Source of the DNA: Diplonema japonicum
Lineage: Eukaryota > Protista > Euglenozoa: Diplonemea
Reading direction: 5' to 3'
Length of the DNA stretch: 64,000 nt
NCBI GenBank assembly: GCA_964019335.1
Contig: OZ025696.1
Location: 372,001 to 436,000 of the forward strand
Below, in pieces: positions 60,901 to 64,000 of this stretch. The position numbers and the translations under genes are program-made. The notes under the pieces are model-generated. The model was not told the DNA's origin. It worked only from the letters and a program-made list of their open reading frames with translations, and did not search any database. The first letter of the stretch is position 1; each line of letters opens with the position of its first letter.

Positions 60901-63187
60901 CAAGGTACTCGTACCCACCGACATCCTTGCGAACAGTGTTCTGGTCAGAGTGGGGCCAGTTCGAGTCACACCTCCCAATGTGTCCACGGATGGTCGCAGC
61001 AATGTTGGTGTCCCACCTGACCTTGTGCATGTCCTTGGCGGGAGGGCTTGTGTTGGAACGCCATTCGTTGTGCTTGTCAAGGATGGCCTGCTCCCAAACA
61101 GACAGAGGGCAAGATGAACCACCACCACCACCACCGCCAGAAGAAGGTGCCGAGGTGACAGGAGCAGGAGGTGCTGGTGTTGGGTTTGAGGGAGGGGAGT
61201 TTCCATCATTGCACAGACCAGGGTTCTTGGTGAAAACAGAAGAATCAGGTTCAATGAGGCCACCAGAGCCCTGTTCGAAAGGCTTGGTACCAACCCAGTA
61301 ACCCTGACCCCTCTCACCGTACTGGCACCCGAACTCCCACCACTCACCGTTCCAACCCCAAGGACCAGGAGAGGGACACTTCACAGCAGCACACCCCATG
61401 GCATAGATGTTCGAGGAAGACATCTGTGTGTAGTGGGAAGTGACACCACCATTAGAACTGTCAGAAGCCCAGTTGTAGTCATCCTTCTCATCCCACCAGC
61501 TCTGCCCAAGGTACCCAGGAGTGCCATCACTCATCAATGCCTCACAAGCAGTACCAGCACAGTAAGCAAGGTTCTCACCAAGGTACTCGTACCCACCGAC
61601 ATCCTTGCGAACCGTGTTTTGGTCAGAGTGGGGCCAGTTCGAGTCACACCTCCCAATGTGTCCACGGATTGTCGCAGCAATGTTGGTGTCCCACCTGACC
61701 TTGTGCATGTCCTTGGCGGGAGGGCTTGTGTTGGAACGCCATTCGTTGTGCTTGTCAAGGATGGCCTGCTCCCAAACAGACAGAGGGCAAGATGAACCAC
61801 CGCCACCACCACCACCGCCAGAAGAAGAAGGTGCCGAGGTAACAGGAGCAGGAGGTGCTGGTGTTGGGTTTGAGGGAGGGGAGTTTCCATCATTGCACAG
61901 ACCAGGGTTCTTGGTGTAAACAGAAGAATCAGGTTCAATGAGGCCACCAGAGCCCTGTTCAAAGGGCTTGGTACCAACCCAGTAACCCTGACCCCTCTCA
62001 CCGTACTGGCACCCGAACTCCCACCACTCACCATTCCAACCCCAAGGACCAGGAGAGGGACACTTCACAGCAGCACACCCCATGGCATAGATGTTCGAGG
62101 AAGACATCTGTGTGTAGTGAGAAGTGACACCACCATTAGAACTGTCAGAGGCCCAGTTGTAGTCATCCTTCTCATCCCACCAGCTCTGCCCAAGGTACCC
62201 AGGAGTGCCATCACTCATCAATGCCTCACAAGCAGTACCAGCACAGTAAGCAAGGTTCTCACCAAGGTACTCAAACCCACCGACATCCTTGCGAACAGTG
62301 TTCTGGTCAGAGTGGGGCCAGTTCGAGTCACACCTCCCAATGTGTCCACGGATGGTCGCAGCAATGTTGGTGTCCCACCTGACCTTGTGCATGTCCTTGG
62401 CGGGAGGGCTTGTGTTGGAACGCCATTCGTTGTGCTTGTCGAGGATGGCCTGCTCCCAAACAGACAGAGGGCAAGATGAACCACCACCACCACCGCCAGA
62501 AGAAGAAGGTGCCGATGTGACAGGAGCAGGAGGTGGTGTTGGATTCGAAGGAGGGGAGTTCCCATCATTGCACAGACCAGGGTTCTTGGTGAAAACAGAA
62601 GAATCAGGTTCAATGAGGCCACCAGAGCCCTGTTCGAAAGGCTTGGTACCAACCCAGTAACCCTGACCCCTCTCACCGTACTGGCACCCGAACTCCCACC
62701 ACTCACCGTTCCAACCCCAAGGACCAGGAGAGGGACACTTCACAGCAGCACACCCCATGGCATAGATGTTCGAGGAAGACATCTGTGTGTAGTGGGAAGT
62801 GACACCACCATTAGAACTGTCAGAGGCCCAGTTGTAGTCATCCTTCTCATCCCACCAGCTCTGCCCAAGGTACCCAGGAGTGCCATCACTCATCAATGCC
62901 TCACAAGCAGTACCAGCACAGTAAGCAAGGTTCTCACCAAGGTACTCAAACCCACCGACATCCTTACGAACAGTGTTCTGGTCAGAGTGGGGCCAGTTCG
63001 AGTCACACTTCCCAATGTGTCCACGGATGGTCGCAGCAATGTTGGTGTCCCACCTGACCTTGTGCATGTCCTTGGCGGGAGGGCTTGTGTTGGAACGCCA
63101 TTCGTTGTGCTTGTCAAGGATGGCCTGCTCCCACACTGAGAGTGTGCATGTCGCAGACAGTACACTGACGTAAAACGCCAGCAACAT
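57935..63187 (-). CDS. Surface protein E: 5 CAP domains (type II), ~265-aa stalk, EGF-like region, TM, tail
   Basis: Start at MLLAFYVS; same architecture as A-D. Confidence 0.95.
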   Translation of the reverse strand: MLLAFYVSVLSATCTLSVWEQAILDKHNEWRSNTSPPAKDMHKVRWDTNIAATIRGHIGKCDSNWPHSDQNTVRKDVGGFEYLGENLAYCAGTACEALMSDGTPGYLGQSWWDEKDDYNWASDSSNGGVTSHYTQMSSSNIYAMGCAAVKCPSPGPWGWNGEWWEFGCQYGERGQGYWVGTKPFEQGSGGLIEPDSSVFTKNPGLCNDGNSPPSNPTPPPAPVTSAPSSSGGGGGGSSCPLSVWEQAILDKHNEWRSNTSPPAKDMHKVRWDTNIAATIRGHIGRCDSNWPHSDQNTVRKDVGGFEYLGENLAYCAGTACEALMSDGTPGYLGQSWWDEKDDYNWASDSSNGGVTSHYTQMSSSNIYAMGCAAVKCPSPGPWGWNGEWWEFGCQYGERGQGYWVGTKPFEQGSGGLIEPDSSVYTKNPGLCNDGNSPPSNPTPAPPAPVTSAPSSSGGGGGGGGSSCPLSVWEQAILDKHNEWRSNTSPPAKDMHKVRWDTNIAATIRGHIGRCDSNWPHSDQNTVRKDVGGYEYLGENLAYCAGTACEALMSDGTPGYLGQSWWDEKDDYNWASDSSNGGVTSHYTQMSSSNIYAMGCAAVKCPSPGPWGWNGEWWEFGCQYGERGQGYWVGTKPFEQGSGGLIEPDSSVFTKNPGLCNDGNSPPSNPTPAPPAPVTSAPSSGGGGGGGSSCPLSVWEQAILDKHNEWRSNTSPPAKDMHKVRWDTNIAATIRGHIGRCDSNWPHSDQNTVRKDVGGYEYLGENLAYCAGTACEALMSDGTPGYLGQSWWDEKDDYNWASDSSNGGVTSHYTQMSSSNIYAMGCAAVKCPSPGPWGWNGEWWEFGCQYGERGQGYWVGTKPFEQGSGGLIEPDSSVFTKNPGLCNDGNSPPSNPTPAPPAPVTSAPSSSGGGGGGGGSSCPLSVWEQAILDKHNEWRSNTSPPAKDMHKVRWDTNIAATIRGHIGRCDSNWPHSDQNTVRKDVGGFEYLGENLAYCAGTACEALMSDGTPGYLGQSWWDEKDDYNWASDSSNGGVTSHYTQMSSSNIYAMGCAAVKCPSPGPWGWNGEWWEFGCQYGERGQGYWVGTKPFEQGSGGLIEPDSSVFTKNPGLCKDKAAGTTSSPATSAPNTRAPSTNAPATGVPVTSSPTTNSPMASVPITDAPVTRSPKVLKTNAPDTSAPSTIAPSTGAPDTGAPKTIVPVTVIPSTIVPGETAAPNTMAPKTTAPVTRTPGTTSAPDTTAPRTEAPTTLVPGETAAPDTMAPKTQVPKTLVPGETAAPDTTAPKTEVPKTLVPGETAAPDTMAPKTQVPRTLVPGETAAPDTMAPATQVPKTLVPGETASPATEAPSTARPSTLAPGQTKAPSTDVPKTRAPGTPVPASVGSECGRKPCGSDQDCHDPSEKAGDFVCMCRGASVRAVGERAECEFDECAEAKKTGLSLCGGDQNCRDPETAADSRGDYVCTCKTDADRKRVGGKVGVCERDECEDSPCGDKQTCTDDDKRVTPKKNFECSCKGTTAVGMVAVCEAGPVDECSSSPCGADQVCTDPVQTAGSTGDFVCSCKEGTSKATGEAVTDCKVGAEAPGCEADPCKAGEECTATEKGFRCSCGWGTGSRENGPVGSCGYDECFVRKDGLEAPSSGSSSSGPCGEEQECEDPMKTFDSVKDYTCTCKKGSKEPATGRPVEKCGDDDSFNWLPVILGILGGLLAICGIAAAVAVKRRSGGPSIGDFMTYTEPEYSAQSGEMEAFKL

Positions 63188-63321
63188 GGTGTGTGTAGGT
63201 AACCTGATGTGAAATGTATAGAACAATTTTGATAACTTCTATAGTCAGAAAAGAAAATATACCATTCCCACTTAGTGAATTTATATCTATCTAGTCTAAA
63301 AGTACGATCTGAACGTTGCAA

Positions 63322-63735
63322 CTAAGATTTCTTAATCAACTCTAGCATGTGCTGCGCAGGTCTGCCCACTCTCGCCTCAGTTTCAGTAACGAGGATAGGC
63401 CTCTCGAGAAGTATCGGGTGCTCAACTAGCATGTCGACCCACTCCTCTTCTGTCACGTCGGACTTCTTAATCTTCATCTCTTTGAACTTAGCTTCGTTGA
63501 GCCTCACAGCTCCTTCTAGCGGTGTCACGTCAAGCTTTTGAAACAAATCCTGAACCTCACTTCTGTCGAGGCCGGCTTTCAAGTACTCTTTGACCTCTAC
63601 TTCGACATCTGCGGATTTCAGGGCTTCAAGCCCCTGACGGCTCTTGCTGCATCTAGGGTTATGGTAGTAGATAAGTTTGGAGCCGTCTCGGCTTGATGCG
63701 GATGCGACCTTTCGTTTTTTGGCGGCTGGTGGCAT
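63322..63735 (-). CDS. arsC: ArsC-family (glutaredoxin-dependent arsenate reductase-like) protein with basic N-terminal extension
   Basis: YHNPRCSKSR (cf. E. coli ArsC HNPACGTSR), HPILLERPIL, ARVGRP. Confidence 0.88.
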   Translation of the reverse strand: MPPAAKKRKVASASSRDGSKLIYYHNPRCSKSRQGLEALKSADVEVEVKEYLKAGLDRSEVQDLFQKLDVTPLEGAVRLNEAKFKEMKIKKSDVTEEEWVDMLVEHPILLERPILVTETEARVGRPAQHMLELIKKS

Positions 63736-63747
63736 TTTTTTTTTTTT

Positions 63748-64000
63748 TTAAATTCTTTTAGTCTTGGGGGAAAAAAAAAAGGTTGTAATAGGTACAATAG
63801 ACGCGTTACATGCGGTCAAACCCCGTGGAGCGAAGAAAGTGCCAGCCTCGAGGGACCCATGGGCGGCGAAGATCTTGTTCAGCTCGCAGCTTGCGGTGCA
63901 ATACCCATAGTGTAGGATGTACTTTTTATTTGGGTCTGCGTGTGACGTTGGTTTGAACAAAGGTGTGCAGCAGGCGCCCCTGCAATCAATAAGTGGTAAC
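63748..64000 (-). CDS. Possible 3' end of an unknown gene entering from beyond the window
   Basis: The frame is open from the window edge (LPLIDCRGACCTPLFKP...) and the composition is coding-like; no recognisable motif. Confidence 0.3.
   Translation of the reverse strand, partial: LPLIDCRGACCTPLFKPTSHADPNKKYILHYGYCTASCELNKIFAAHGSLEAGTFFAPRGLTACNASIVPITTFFFSPKTKRI

Noticed and set aside
1-64000. tRNA, rRNA, snRNA or SL RNA genes
   Set aside because: No cloverleaf, T-loop or conserved rRNA/snRNA signature recognised; a tRNAscan/Infernal run would be decisive.

Overview
Eukaryotic protist DNA. It is probably a euglenozoan, diplonemid-like genome (inference from co-oriented genes, homopolymer-rich spacers and TxAP-repeat surface proteins). 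Every credible gene and retroelement ORF lies on the minus strand. Contents: (i) four tandem tetraspanin-like 4-TM genes (1-4940; the first is partial and missing from the ORF track); (ii) an ankyrin-repeat gene with a predicted GT-AG intron; (iii) five giant paralogous type-I surface proteins (signal peptide, then 2/4/3/6/5 tandem CAP [SCP/TAPS/PR-1] domains, a Thr/Pro/Ala mucin stalk, a Cys-rich EGF-like region, TM and a short tail), showing module swapping and gene conversion; (iv) two long APE-RT non-LTR retrotransposons: a decayed one with a non-canonical 2A-like NPGP motif, and one with an intact ORF2, an OTU-like cysteine protease on ORF1 and an in-frame UGA between its ORFs, plus 3' LINE fragments; (v) a ~115-bp interspersed repeat that in one copy is split by an 18-bp direct repeat enclosing a PHD/coiled-coil gag-like ORF (SIRE/VIPER-like arrangement); (vi) two MITEs; (vii) a bacterial-type ArsC with an N-terminal NLS-like peptide. 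All calls come from reading motifs by eye; no database searches were run.
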